Origin: Candidatus Latescibacterota bacterium
GTDB taxonomy: Bacteria > Latescibacterota > UBA2968 > UBA8231
Direction: 5' to 3'
Length of the DNA: 64,000 bases
NCBI GenBank assembly: GCA_965248265.1
Contig: CBDFJF010000002.1
Coordinates: 3,808,001-3,872,000, forward strand
Both the position numbers and the translations under genes were made by a program. Position 1 is the stretch's first letter. Each line of letters begins with the position of its first letter. Shown here piece by piece: positions 30,963 to 41,500 of this stretch. The notes under the pieces are model-generated. The model did not search any database, was not told the origin of the DNA, and saw only the letters and a program-made list of their open reading frames with translations.

Positions 30963-32108
30963 TTACTGTATCACCAGGTCTGCCCTCAACGCCCCGGCCG
31001 TCTTAAGCGACTGCAGGATGGAGATGAGGTCCCTGGGTGTGACACCCAGGGCGTTCAAATTTCTGACCAGCTCTCGCACCGTGGGCATGGCGCCCACGTC
31101 AAAGGAGCTGATGATGGGATGTAGATGGTCCGGCTCCTCAACGACCTCGGCGTCACCGCCGAACAGATCTCCCGCTGCGTCGCCGGGAATCTTCAACTGC
31201 AGGCTGCCATGGGACATGGCCACAGCGGAGACCGAAACGTTTTCGCCGATGATGACGGTGCCGGTGCGCTCGTTGACGACAACCCGGGCCGGCAGGTCGG
31301 GTATCACAGAGACTTTCTCTACTTCAGCCAGGAATTCAGTTACCTGCTGGGGCTCCACCAACTCAGGAGAAATCTTGATCTTGATGGTACCGGCGTCGAC
31401 GGCCTGAGCCAGCCCGAACTCGCCGAAGAATTCATCTATCGCCCACGCGGTACGCGCCGCCGTCGTCCAGTCGGGTTCATACAACAGCAAGTCGACCTCT
31501 TCGTCGACATCGACCAGCCGTTGAACCTCTTCCACTATGATGCCGGCATTGGGAATCGTCCCTACTACTGTATGGTTCTTGCGCACGGAACCACCGCCGC
31601 CACCACCGAGGTTGAAACCACCGATGGACACTGGACCCTGGGCCTGCACGTAGACGGTCCCGTCTGGACCTGCCAGGGGCGTGCGTAACAGAGTACCGCC
31701 TTGAAGTGAGGCAGCGTCCCCGAGCGAGGCCACCTGGATATCGATGTACCCCCCCTTGCGATCGAAGGGCGACAGCTTCGCCGTCGCGCTCACGGCGGCG
31801 ACATTGCGCACGCGAATGGCGTTGGGATCGACAGTCAGGTTCATCCGTTTCATGTAGTTGGCCAGCATGTTGATAGTGAAACGTGCCTGGCGACCGTCGC
31901 CGGTGCCCTCGAGACCGATGATGAGGCCTATTCCTGTCAGCTGCTTCTCTTCACCGATCTGGACGCGCGCCAAGTCCTTGATGCGCACGGCGGCTTGACC
32001 GCTGGCCGGAGCCGCGTAAACGAACCACAGCACGGACAGCGCCAGCAGCAGCCAGCGTTTGGGGGTATTCGGTGTATGCACAATTCTATTCACGGTTATA
32101 GCAGCCAA
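30963..32108 (-). CDS. flgI: P-ring protein FlgI
   Basis: RIKDL, GLEGTGD, GDAASLQGGTLL.TPL, ARVVVNERTGTV, LKTAGAL. Start is approximate. Confidence 0.96.
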   Translation of the reverse strand: MAAITVNRIVHTPNTPKRWLLLALSVLWFVYAAPASGQAAVRIKDLARVQIGEEKQLTGIGLIIGLEGTGDGRQARFTINMLANYMKRMNLTVDPNAIRVRNVAAVSATAKLSPFDRKGGYIDIQVASLGDAASLQGGTLLRTPLAGPDGTVYVQAQGPVSIGGFNLGGGGGGSVRKNHTVVGTIPNAGIIVEEVQRLVDVDEEVDLLLYEPDWTTAARTAWAIDEFFGEFGLAQAVDAGTIKIKISPELVEPQQVTEFLAEVEKVSVIPDLPARVVVNERTGTVIIGENVSVSAVAMSHGSLQLKIPGDAAGDLFGGDAEVVEEPDHLHPIISSFDVGAMPTVRELVRNLNALGVTPRDLISILQSLKTAGALRADLVIQ

Positions 32109-32695
32109 TTCACGAAACGGACGAATATTCCTGGACGCGATCCCTGCGTAATCGTGCCTTTCCCTGTGTATTCGATATTCAAATCACCGACGCTCGTGGA
32201 GAGGATGGTGTTGTTGGAGCGAATGAACGACGGCGCCACGAAACCACTGACATGAATGGCCTCGGTCTCGCCGTTGATCTTCAAGGTGCGCACCCCCTCG
32301 ATCAGCAAATCGCCGTTGTGTTTCTTGCCAACCACGTTCACGGTGACCTGGGCGTTCAAACTCGCGCTCCGTGAGGTCGAGCCGGAACCGTCGAACTCCG
32401 ACGAGGAACTGCTGTCCAGCGCGTGCAGGGGAACGAAATCCAACACGTTGCCGGCGCCCGGTATGGCGCTTTCGATCTGGACATCGTTTCCCTTGTCCGT
32501 CGAGGTCGATGTCCGGTTGGTAGCTGACGCACTTTCCTGAATGATCACGGTCAGAGCATCACCGATATTGGCGGCCGTGGGATCCGAAAACATCGATCCG
32601 GCCTGGGCGTGAGCATCTCCCAATACACAGCCGCAAATCAAGCAAAAGAGCGCGGCCGTCTTGACTAAGATTTGATGGCGATTCATGTCGTTCAC
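32096..32695 (-). CDS. flgH: L-ring protein FlgH (short form)
   Basis: SMFSD.A..IGD.LTVII.E, NGDLLIEG, IEYTGKG..PG. Confidence 0.9.
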   Translation of the reverse strand: MNDMNRHQILVKTAALFCLICGCVLGDAHAQAGSMFSDPTAANIGDALTVIIQESASATNRTSTSTDKGNDVQIESAIPGAGNVLDFVPLHALDSSSSSEFDGSGSTSRSASLNAQVTVNVVGKKHNGDLLIEGVRTLKINGETEAIHVSGFVAPSFIRSNNTILSTSVGDLNIEYTGKGTITQGSRPGIFVRFVNWLL

Positions 32696-33498
32696 AGCCC
32701 GATCCTGACCGAGCCGTCCTCGTTGACGAAGCCGTAGAGGATTTTGCCCGATTCCTTATTCTTGACCCGGATGCGCTCTCCCTCCGCCCCGTCCTGAAGG
32801 GCGAGACCGAAGGTGGCAAGTTGCATGTACCTGGACACGACGCTCATGACGATCTCGTCGCCCCGGTGAACGAGGGGAATCGGTTTGACGTGGCTGCGGC
32901 TGACAATATCACCCGCACCTATCGGCCGGCTTACTTGTAATTGTGCCAACTCTTCGTAGGCCGTGAAGTAGCCATGCTTGAGGCTGGTAATATCACGCTC
33001 TGCCAGTTCAACCATGTCAGGAGTCAGTTGCCCTCCCCGGCGAACGGTCCTCGAGGTCACCACCACGGGGCGATAGAACCGGGTGTCCACGGTAACGGTC
33101 AGGGCGCGCAGCATGGTATGGCCCTGGCTGATCTCCACACGCACGAGGGTCGGGCCGCGGAATGGTTTGTCGGACAGCGGTGCCACCTTCAGGTCGAATG
33201 GGCCAGCGGCCACTTCATCGAACAGGATGTCACCTTGCCAGCGGGGCCTTACCTCGACCCGCTCCTGCTCGGCGATGTCGTCGGCCCGCTCGCTCTCAAC
33301 GCGTGCATTCACGTATTCCTGCACCGCGTTTCGGACGGTCTCTTCCGTGAGAACATTTAGTATGTGCGGGAGGGAGTCCGTGCCGGTGCTTCCCTGAACT
33401 GGGGGGCCCGCCAACGTCGACAGGCCGATTGCCATGATCACGGACAGTCTGATGGCACTCATCTGATCTATCCTCACCTTATCCTTCATGCGCCCCAT
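32692..33498 (-). CDS. flgA: P-ring formation chaperone FlgA
   Basis: SAF domain; LVHRGD, GLALQDG..GERIRVKN.ESGK. Confidence 0.9.
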   Translation of the reverse strand: MGRMKDKVRIDQMSAIRLSVIMAIGLSTLAGPPVQGSTGTDSLPHILNVLTEETVRNAVQEYVNARVESERADDIAEQERVEVRPRWQGDILFDEVAAGPFDLKVAPLSDKPFRGPTLVRVEISQGHTMLRALTVTVDTRFYRPVVVTSRTVRRGGQLTPDMVELAERDITSLKHGYFTAYEELAQLQVSRPIGAGDIVSRSHVKPIPLVHRGDEIVMSVVSRYMQLATFGLALQDGAEGERIRVKNKESGKILYGFVNEDGSVRIGL

Positions 33499-34286
33499 TA
33501 GCGCCGCAGGTTATTGGCGTTGGCGAGCATTTCTTCTGAGGTCTGGATCGCTCGGGCATTGATTTCGTAGGCGCGTTGCGCCACGATCATGTTGACCATC
33601 TCATCGACGACTTCCACGTTCGACAACTCGAGGAACCCCTGCGACAGCTTGCCAAAACCCTCGGTATCCGGTGAGCCACTGACGGGGGTGCCGGAAGCCT
33701 GAGTCTCCAAAAACAGGTTGCGCCCGATGGTCTTGAGTCCGGCCGGATTGACAAACCGGGCCAGCTCCAGCTGGCCGACGGTCTGCAGCGTCGGATCGCC
33801 CGGAATCTTGACCGAGACCTCGCCGTTGGACGATATGTTGATCGCCGTGGCATCCTGTGGGATGGTGGTTTGGGGCTCGATGTTGTATCCGTCCGATGTC
33901 ACGATGCTGCCTTCCGCCGACTTCTTCAGGGCGCCGTCTCGAGTGTAGGCAACCGTGCCGTCCGGCAGCTGCACCTGAAGAAACCCATCTCCATCGATTG
34001 AGACGTCGAGCGGGTTGTTGGTGGAGATCACCGTGCCCTGCGTGAAAATCCGTTGTGTGGCCACCGGTCGGGTTCCGTAGCCGATCTGGAGTTCTACTGG
34101 TACTTGCGCGCCCTCGGCCTGGGTTGCTCCCGCCAGGCGAAGCTGCTGGTAGAGTAGATCCTGGAACTCCAGTTTGGATTTCTTGTACCCGGTCGTGTTC
34201 ACATTGGCCAGGTTGTTGGCGATGTTGTCGACGTTCATCTGCTGGGCGATCATGCCCGTTGCGGCCGTATAAAGTGCCCTGCTCAT
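33498..34286 (-). CDS. flgG: Distal rod protein FlgG
   Basis: ANNLANVNTTGYKK, YTRDG, ELSNVEVVDEMVNMIVAQRAYE. Confidence 0.97.
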   Translation of the reverse strand: MSRALYTAATGMIAQQMNVDNIANNLANVNTTGYKKSKLEFQDLLYQQLRLAGATQAEGAQVPVELQIGYGTRPVATQRIFTQGTVISTNNPLDVSIDGDGFLQVQLPDGTVAYTRDGALKKSAEGSIVTSDGYNIEPQTTIPQDATAINISSNGEVSVKIPGDPTLQTVGQLELARFVNPAGLKTIGRNLFLETQASGTPVSGSPDTEGFGKLSQGFLELSNVEVVDEMVNMIVAQRAYEINARAIQTSEEMLANANNLRR

Positions 34287-34331
34287 CGCTTTTGATTTCC
34301 TCCGCTGTGGATGCTGCTTGCTGATTTTTGT

Positions 34332-35120
34332 CTATCTCACCACGCCGACATCGTTCACCGCTCGATCCAGGGTCTCGTCCTGGATCTGCAGGGCTTTTTG
34401 ATCCGCTTCATAGGAGCGGAACACGTCGATCATTTTCACCATCTCCAGCACCGTCTCGACATTGGCCTCCTCGAGAAAGCCCTGTTGTATCTCATAATCC
34501 TCGCCCGCTACCTGCGTCACGCCCGGTTGGGGAATGAAGTAACCGTCCTTGGACTTGTTGAGAGCTTTCTGAAATGGAGTTTGTGCAGAGAAATTGGGGT
34601 CGTAGAGGTCGGGAAAATCGGCGATCTGCAGGCGTCCCAGATTGCTGTCGATCCCGAGGAGCTCATCCCGGCCCTTGAGGTTACCCCCACCATCTATGAT
34701 CAACGTGACAGCATCGGGAATCTGGATTTCGTCTCCACCCTCGTCCAAAACGGAGTGGCCGAGTAGATTCGTCAGTATGCCCTCGCTGTTTCGAATGAAG
34801 GTACCGTTGCGGGTGAATTGGTCCCCGGCTGGGGTTTGTACGACAAAGAATCCATTGCCGCTGATGGCCATGTCGAAGTGGTTGCCGGTGCGCCGGAGCT
34901 TGCCCTGATCGAAATCGGTCCAGCTGCCCTCAAACCGATTGATACGCCAATCGGGGTAGTCACCGGACTGCTGCTTCTTGGCCTCCTGCATCTCGCGCAG
35001 AAACAAGCTGTCCCGCTTGAACCCGGGTACCTCTATATTGGCCAGATTGTTGGCGATCGCCTCCTGCTGCGATCCTTTGGGCAGCATGCCTGAAGCCGAG
35101 ATGAAAATTCCTTCTATCAT
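34332..35120 (-). CDS. flgF: Proximal rod protein FlgF
   Basis: IANNLAN..PGFKRD, FTRNG, QGFLEEANV, RSYE; precedes flgG. Confidence 0.9.
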   Translation of the reverse strand: MIEGIFISASGMLPKGSQQEAIANNLANIEVPGFKRDSLFLREMQEAKKQQSGDYPDWRINRFEGSWTDFDQGKLRRTGNHFDMAISGNGFFVVQTPAGDQFTRNGTFIRNSEGILTNLLGHSVLDEGGDEIQIPDAVTLIIDGGGNLKGRDELLGIDSNLGRLQIADFPDLYDPNFSAQTPFQKALNKSKDGYFIPQPGVTQVAGEDYEIQQGFLEEANVETVLEMVKMIDVFRSYEADQKALQIQDETLDRAVNDVGVVR

Positions 35121-35188
35121 TCCCCAAAACTCCTCATAATCTGTGTCGGGTCGGGCGGATGCAGTTTGCCCTGTTCCCGACAGGAGTG

Positions 35189-35204
35189 AGCAACGTGTGT
35201 GCCA
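35189..35204 (-). promoter_or_regulatory. Sigma54 promoter of the flgF operon
   Basis: Minus strand TGGCAC-acacg-TTGCT with an AT-rich upstream region. Confidence 0.87.
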
Positions 35205-35653
35205 TGACCCGATCCAAACCCAGTATGTCCTTTAACATATTGTTTATTAATGTCTTAATAGATTCGAAGGCGACGGGCATTGGGATTGGTGTCCAGGAAA
35301 GATATTCTCTGCTATGATCTCGACCGACCACTTCTCGCCAACTGCTGTTTTGTTCGTCAGGAAACTGGAAATGGAGTGGAATCATCAAGCGGAATGAGCT
35401 TTGCTGAGGTTTATCGTATGCTGGCCACGATGTCGCCGGCATACGCTTGCAATTGGTCCTGAATTATGTGTTTATTTAATTGTGTTACAACGAGTTGTGT
35501 TTCCTGACGGTCAGATTAGCTGAAGCCTGCCATCATCGATGGCCTCGACTCTCGGCTACCCCAGTCAGGGGCGAAAGAGGAAAGTTTGGCTGCTGAAGAG
35601 ATCACGATATGCGCCGGGTCCGGTTTGGCCGCATTGAAAGGCGCAGACGGTAA

Positions 35654-36268
35654 ATGAACCTCCGGATAACGATCCTGCTGGTTCTCGGAATGAGCCTGTC
35701 ATTCAGCATCATCCTTGGTGTGCTCGTTACGTCCCGACATCGAGAAGTCCCTCGAGAGCGGCTCCCGATATTGCGAGCACCGACAGCAGAAGAAATCGCC
35801 GCATCTCACAGGCGCAGAGTTGAGCCTTCATCTTCCGGAAAAAATCAAGTTATCGACTCTAAGACCAAGAACACCAATGAATTAGAGTATGCAGATTCGA
35901 TCGTCGCTGACCGCGAGGATTGGAGCGTCGACCGTCTCCAACTCACCAAAGCAGAGCCCGCGCAGGCAGACTTCAGGGCACCTTCAAAACATCTCGATCG
36001 CATGCAGGCAGAGTTAATGCGGCAGGTGCAAACCCTCAGAGAGAGCCGCGATTTGATGTTAGCCGAGTTGGCAGAACAGTTTGAGGAAATGACTGCGGCT
36101 CAAGTCGTTACCGAGTTGAAAGTCCTCGACAACGAATCAGCCGCTATTGCTCTGGCCAAACTCTCGAAGAAGAAGCGCAGCGCCGTGCTGGATCGGCTTG
36201 ATGACAAGAGAGCAAGGACCTTGGGGCGCCTGGCCAGAAACTACTCCTCGCAGAACAGAGAGGGATAA
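35654..36268 (+). CDS. MotE/FlbB-like flagellar membrane protein (MgtE_N-like C-terminus)
   Basis: N-terminal TM helix, coiled coil, then LAEQFEEMT..LD...A...LAKLSKKKRSAVLDRLD. Confidence 0.6.
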   Translation: MNLRITILLVLGMSLSFSIILGVLVTSRHREVPRERLPILRAPTAEEIAASHRRRVEPSSSGKNQVIDSKTKNTNELEYADSIVADREDWSVDRLQLTKAEPAQADFRAPSKHLDRMQAELMRQVQTLRESRDLMLAELAEQFEEMTAAQVVTELKVLDNESAAIALAKLSKKKRSAVLDRLDDKRARTLGRLARNYSSQNREG

Positions 36269-36272
36269 CGCC

Positions 36273-37121
36273 GTGACAACGACAACGGGAATGCCCAAGC
36301 GGATGACGAATGCCATCGTCACTCCCGTTCTGGGGATGCACCACAGTGGTTCATCGGAGTGGTCGCGTTGCCTGAACCTGCTCGGAGTGGAGCTGGGACA
36401 GGCCCCAGATCCACCCAAGAACGGAGGCCATAAACGATTCTGGGAGAATGAATTCTTCCATACACTTAACATAAGAATTCTACGCGCGATGGACAGGGAT
36501 TTCCATGGCTACGGCGGCTACACAGCGCTGGCTGAGATCCCAGAACTCGCAGTGGGCATTAACCTGAATCAGGAGGATGAGGATTTTGTCGGTGAGTACA
36601 TTGCCCGGACATTCGCGTGCGCCCATTGGGGGTGGAAAGACCCTGCTTCAGTGCTCCTGTTCCCCTTTTGGCTCAATATTTTGACCTCTCTGGGATTCAG
36701 AGATATCCGTCCGTTGCTGGTAGTGAGACATCCGGCGGCCTGCGTGCAGGCCCTGCTCCGTGAGGCAGATATCCTGAGCCTGGCGAACCAGATGCGCCAG
36801 GATCCTACTACCCTGTGCCTCGAAATGTGGCGAGTGTACAACCAGGTTCTACTGACCGTTCTGGACGAAACAGATTGCTTCATCAGCATCCACCGATGGT
36901 TGGGCGATGCCGATCATGCCCGTGGTGAGTTACAGCGGGCAGCACAGTACCTGGAGATAGGCGAAAATGGCGCCCTCCAGGAGGCCATCACCTGGCTGGA
37001 TCCGGGTACGGGTACCGTTCCTGTGGACGAAGACGGGGATGCAGCTTTCGTGGATGCTGAATCCCTGGCCCTTTACTGGACCCTCGTCAGTCGAGCGGAG
37101 GGCCAACGGGCAGGTACCTGA
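36273..37121 (+). CDS. Sulfotransferase-family protein with altered motifs
   Basis: VLGMHHSGSS, LLGVELG, FWEN, WGWKDP, VRHP; resembles the GMHRSGTS family. Confidence 0.75.
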   Translation: MTTTTGMPKRMTNAIVTPVLGMHHSGSSEWSRCLNLLGVELGQAPDPPKNGGHKRFWENEFFHTLNIRILRAMDRDFHGYGGYTALAEIPELAVGINLNQEDEDFVGEYIARTFACAHWGWKDPASVLLFPFWLNILTSLGFRDIRPLLVVRHPAACVQALLREADILSLANQMRQDPTTLCLEMWRVYNQVLLTVLDETDCFISIHRWLGDADHARGELQRAAQYLEIGENGALQEAITWLDPGTGTVPVDEDGDAAFVDAESLALYWTLVSRAEGQRAGT

Positions 37122-37123
37122 GA

Positions 37124-38260
37124 CTACTGCCCCAGGACACGGTCGTAGACTGATTCGAGCGAGGCGGACTGGGTGCGAGCATTGTAACTCTCCTCGACGT
37201 GGCGGCGCCCCTGACGGCCCATCTCACCCCACTTTTCTTTGGTTGTAAGCAACACCCGAATGTGGTCGGACAATCCGTCCACGTCCCGTTCCGGAGCCAG
37301 CAGACCACTACGGCCGTCCAGGACATATTCGGGAATATCGTCGTGTTCGGTGGCAATCACCGGAAGGCCTGAGGCCTGCGCATCCAGAAGAACGACCGGC
37401 GCCCCTCCTTCTGCGTCTCCGTCAGCAGCGGTCGCACTTGGATGGAGAAGGAAGTGACAGCGCCGCATCTGCTCCAGAACGCCGTCATACGGCTGAATTC
37501 CCAGCATCTCGACTCGCTCCGACAACCCTGAATCTCTTACCGCCTCGAGTACCTTCGGTTTCTCGGGACCATCGCCCAGGATGACGACCCTGCAGTCTAC
37601 GGATAAACCCTGGAGGGCGTTTCCGAGTGCCCTCAAACCATCCGGAATGCCCTTCTTCTCTCTAAAATTCGCACACATCAGAACCCTGACTTCCCCGTCA
37701 TCGGCGATTCGCTCAGTGAATCGTATGGCTTCCGTGTCCACGCCCAGGTGATGAATTGCGATCCGCTCAGCAGGACAGCCCGCTCCCTCGAGTCGTCGGG
37801 CCATGTGCCCACCCTCAGCCAGAAAGAGCTCGCCCGAATTGAAGAGGCGCTCGAAGCGCGAACGCCATGGAGGGCGATGGGCGTCTCTGGTGGCATCCAA
37901 ACCGTACAGGGAAGTGACCATCGGCAGTCCTGTCCTGGCCTTGGCGCGCAGACACCGGAAGCCCTGGTAGCCAAAATGGGCGTGAATGATATCAGCATGC
38001 TCATGCGTCAGAAAACGGTCATAGAAAGGGTACGTCCCCGTAACTCGAGTCACCATCCGGTTGTAGAGTTTCTTGACAGATCCATACTCTTCCGACGAAC
38101 GCAGCCGCTCCACAGGAAAGTGCTCGGTGTTGCGGGCCTCTTGGGTCAGAACCACGGTTCGGTAGCGCTGCTGATGGCGGATCTGGGTGTGTAACCAGGG
38201 TGCAAAGAGAGGCGCGAACGGGGTGGCACAATGGGCGACCGTCTTCACTGTGAAAACCAT
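37124..38260 (-). CDS. GT4 glycosyltransferase (WcaL-like)
   Basis: IHAHFG, EKKG, PSATAADGDAEGGAPVVLLDAQASGLPV. Confidence 0.9.
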   Translation of the reverse strand: MVFTVKTVAHCATPFAPLFAPWLHTQIRHQQRYRTVVLTQEARNTEHFPVERLRSSEEYGSVKKLYNRMVTRVTGTYPFYDRFLTHEHADIIHAHFGYQGFRCLRAKARTGLPMVTSLYGLDATRDAHRPPWRSRFERLFNSGELFLAEGGHMARRLEGAGCPAERIAIHHLGVDTEAIRFTERIADDGEVRVLMCANFREKKGIPDGLRALGNALQGLSVDCRVVILGDGPEKPKVLEAVRDSGLSERVEMLGIQPYDGVLEQMRRCHFLLHPSATAADGDAEGGAPVVLLDAQASGLPVIATEHDDIPEYVLDGRSGLLAPERDVDGLSDHIRVLLTTKEKWGEMGRQGRRHVEESYNARTQSASLESVYDRVLGQ

Positions 38261-38309
38261 CCCTCGGCACGGCCCCAAAACGGCACGTATGACCTTTGAT
38301 TACAACAGC

Positions 38310-38339
38310 TTGACATGTGTTAGACGGGTCCCGTATACT
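38310..38339 (+). promoter_or_regulatory. Sigma70 promoter upstream of the IOR gene
   Basis: TTGACA-N18-TATACT. Confidence 0.6.
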
Positions 38340-38506
38340 GTTTTCTTGAGCGTTCGCTTGCCTGTTTCTTGCGCGTTTGCTTGCCAGGCTAAAAATACGC
38401 CCCCCACCTGTTCGCTACCATTATTTATTATCGATAAGTTGACTACAAATTCTCACTGCTGGCCGGTGGCCGACACTGGCCTTTGCTCTCCACCCTGGAT
38501 TGAGTG

Positions 38507-41500
38507 ATGGACCCGAGATTTCTGCAGCAAGACGGAACGGGCATTTTCACCGGAAACGAATTGATCGTCAAAGGTGCGCTCGAAAGCAGCATCGGCGAAA
38601 TCACGGGATATCCGGGCTCACCCCTTGCCGAAATCTTCGACACTCTCGAACGCATCGGTTCCCTGCTCAACGAACACGGGATCGTCGCCCAGATTGCCAA
38701 CAACGAGGCGCTGGCCGCTGCCCGCCTGAATGGTTCGCAGATGGAGCGAATCCGCGCCATGGCGGTGATGAAGAGCGTCGGCATGCATGTGGCTGCCGAT
38801 GGCCTCGCCCTTGGCAACATGGCCGGTGCAGCGCAAGGAGCTGGCGCCTTGGTCGTGGTCGGAGACGACACCTGGTCGGAAGGCACCCAGGTCCCTGCCG
38901 ATTCTCGCTTTCTCTCGCAGCATCTGTACATGCCGGTGATGGAACCGGCAACTTTTCAAGAAATCAAGGATTGGGTCGGGATCGGCTTTGACCTTTCGGC
39001 TCAGTCACGTTTGTTCGTGACCTACCTGGTTACCTCAAACCAGGCCGATGGCGGCGGCAGTGTGAATGTTCACCCGAACCATTTCGATGATCGACTGAAC
39101 GCCAATCGTTCGACCACCCTGGACACGGCCACGATCGGCACGGATGATCGAGTGATCATCCCCCCGGTGACGGTGATCAAAGAGAAGGAGGTCCTCCAAC
39201 AGCGCTACCCCCGCCTGCTTGAGTTGGCTCGCGAACGAGGCATCAATCAAATCCTGCCGGCCACAGACACAACCGCCGGCATTCCGGATCTCGCCTTCGT
39301 GACGTCCGGACTCGCTTACGTGTACCTCGAGCACGCGCTGGGAATCCTCGGATTAACGGGCCACTTTTCGATTCTCAAGTTAGGTATCACCTATCCGGTT
39401 GATGAGACTCTGATCGGTGAGATCGCAGGACGCCACGAACATCTGTGCGTGGTGGAGGAGAAACGAGCCTTTGTCGAGCCGCAGGTGGCCGCGGCATTGA
39501 ACCGGATACGGCAATCCAGCGACATAGACGCGAAGCTTTGGGGCAAACGCTTCCCCGATGGTGGCCGTGGTTTTCCAGAAACCGCCGGACTCATGCCGAC
39601 CTCGACGGCCGATCGCGTCGCCCATTTGTTAAGGCTGCTGGAAACCGGCAGTAATGCGCAAACCCTGAATTGGAGCCGCATCGACTCGGAACTCGGTATC
39701 GAGTCTCCTGGCGAGGATGAGCGGTCTCAAGCCGTACCGCCTCGGAGTCCTTCGTTTTGCCCGGGATGTCCCCACCGAGATTCGGCCAGCGTCATTGACA
39801 AGATGGCGCGGGATTTCGCCGATCCCGAATACATGCGAGGCAAGAACGAAGAGACGCAGGACCTGGTTTTCCACGGCGACATCGGCTGTTATTCCATGCT
39901 CAAGTACCCACCCTTTTCGCGACTCATGCACAACCTGTCCGGCATGGGGCTGGGAGGCGGCACGGGGGCTGGAATCGACCCGTTCATAGACAACAAGCAG
40001 CTCGTGTTCATGGGCGACTCGACATTCTTCCACACCGGCATGACCGCCATTTCAGACTCGATCAAGAACAATCAGGACCTTACCTACGTAATACTCGACA
40101 ACAAGACCACGGCCATGACCGGCCACCAGCCGACTCCGGGCGTCGACGTAGACCTGCTCGGTAGACCGACCTTCGCCCAGGACATCGAGCAGATCGTGCG
40201 CGGACTGGCCGGCGACGGCGACACCTTCATCGCTCGTATCGATCCTGCAGAGCGCCGGGAGTATAAAAAGCTCATCGAAGAGGCGACCCTACGTCCCGGC
40301 GTCAAGATCATCATCGCCGATAAGGAATGCGGCATCACCTACCACCGGCGCCAACGCGCACTGGCTTCAGCGCAGATCAAGGAGCTGGGGTTTTCTCCTG
40401 TTGAGCACCACATCAACATCAGTGAGGATGTCTGCGAGAACTGTATGGAGTGCACTCGCGCCACGGGGTGCAGCGGGTTGACGGTGAAGGGAGAGACGGA
40501 ATACGGTCCCAAGATCGCCATCGACCTGTCCTCCTGCGTCACCGACGGCGCCTGCACCCGGGTCGAGGTAACAGGGGGCGACAAGACCTGTCCCTCGTTC
40601 GAGGAAATCACGATCCATCGAAAGCAGGCCCCCGCCAACGACCTGCCGCCGATCGATCCGGGGCGCATTCCCGAACCGGCGCTGGAGCCGATGACGGACT
40701 CCTGGTACGTCTACATCGCCGGCGTCGGCGGCATGGGAGTCAACGTTATCGCCTCGGTGCTGGCGCAGGCAGGAGTGCGACAGGGGTACGCGGTACAGCT
40801 GACCAACAAGAAAGGGCTGGCGATCCGCAATGGCTCGGTCTATTCCCACCTCAGCTACGCGCCTGACGGACGTATTGTTTCTCCAGTCATCCCCAGTGGT
40901 CGCGCCCATTTGCTGCTGGGCCTTGATATTCTGGAGGCCGCTCGTGGCATCGACCCAGCGGGCCGCCACCGCGTGGCCAGCCGCGCCCGCACCGCAGCTG
41001 CGTTGAACACGGCCAAAACCCCGACCACGGGCACGTTGATCGGCGACCAGGACTTTTCCCCGGAGTCGATGGCACACTTGATCGAGTCCAACACGGACGC
41101 CGGGCGTATGTTCGGCCTGGACCTCTTCGCAATCTCCGAGCGCTTTCTGGGTAACAAGCTATACGCCAATATCATGCTGTTGGGAGCAGCCTTCCAGCGT
41201 GGACTGCTGCCATTGAGACTGGAAAATCTGGAGTGGGCAATCAGTGTCGCCGTGCGCCGGGACCTGGAGACCAATGTGCTCGCCTTCAACATGGGACGCC
41301 GACTCGCCATCGATCCACAGTACTTCGATGCCAAGGAGAGCTCAGCTCGTTCGGCAAACTCACTGATTCGCGATAATTCAGGGCTGCTGACGCGCGTTCA
41401 CGGTCGCCGGGTAGCCGCGATGTATGGCCAGATGTGCCGACAGGCGCTGGAGGCTATGGAGGGAAGAGGACTCATTGAAGAGGATCTGTCTCGCCTGATC

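Noticed and set aside
35437-35452. CGGCATacgcTTGCA as a + strand sigma54 promoter
   Set aside because: GG-GC spacing is 9 rather than the required 10.
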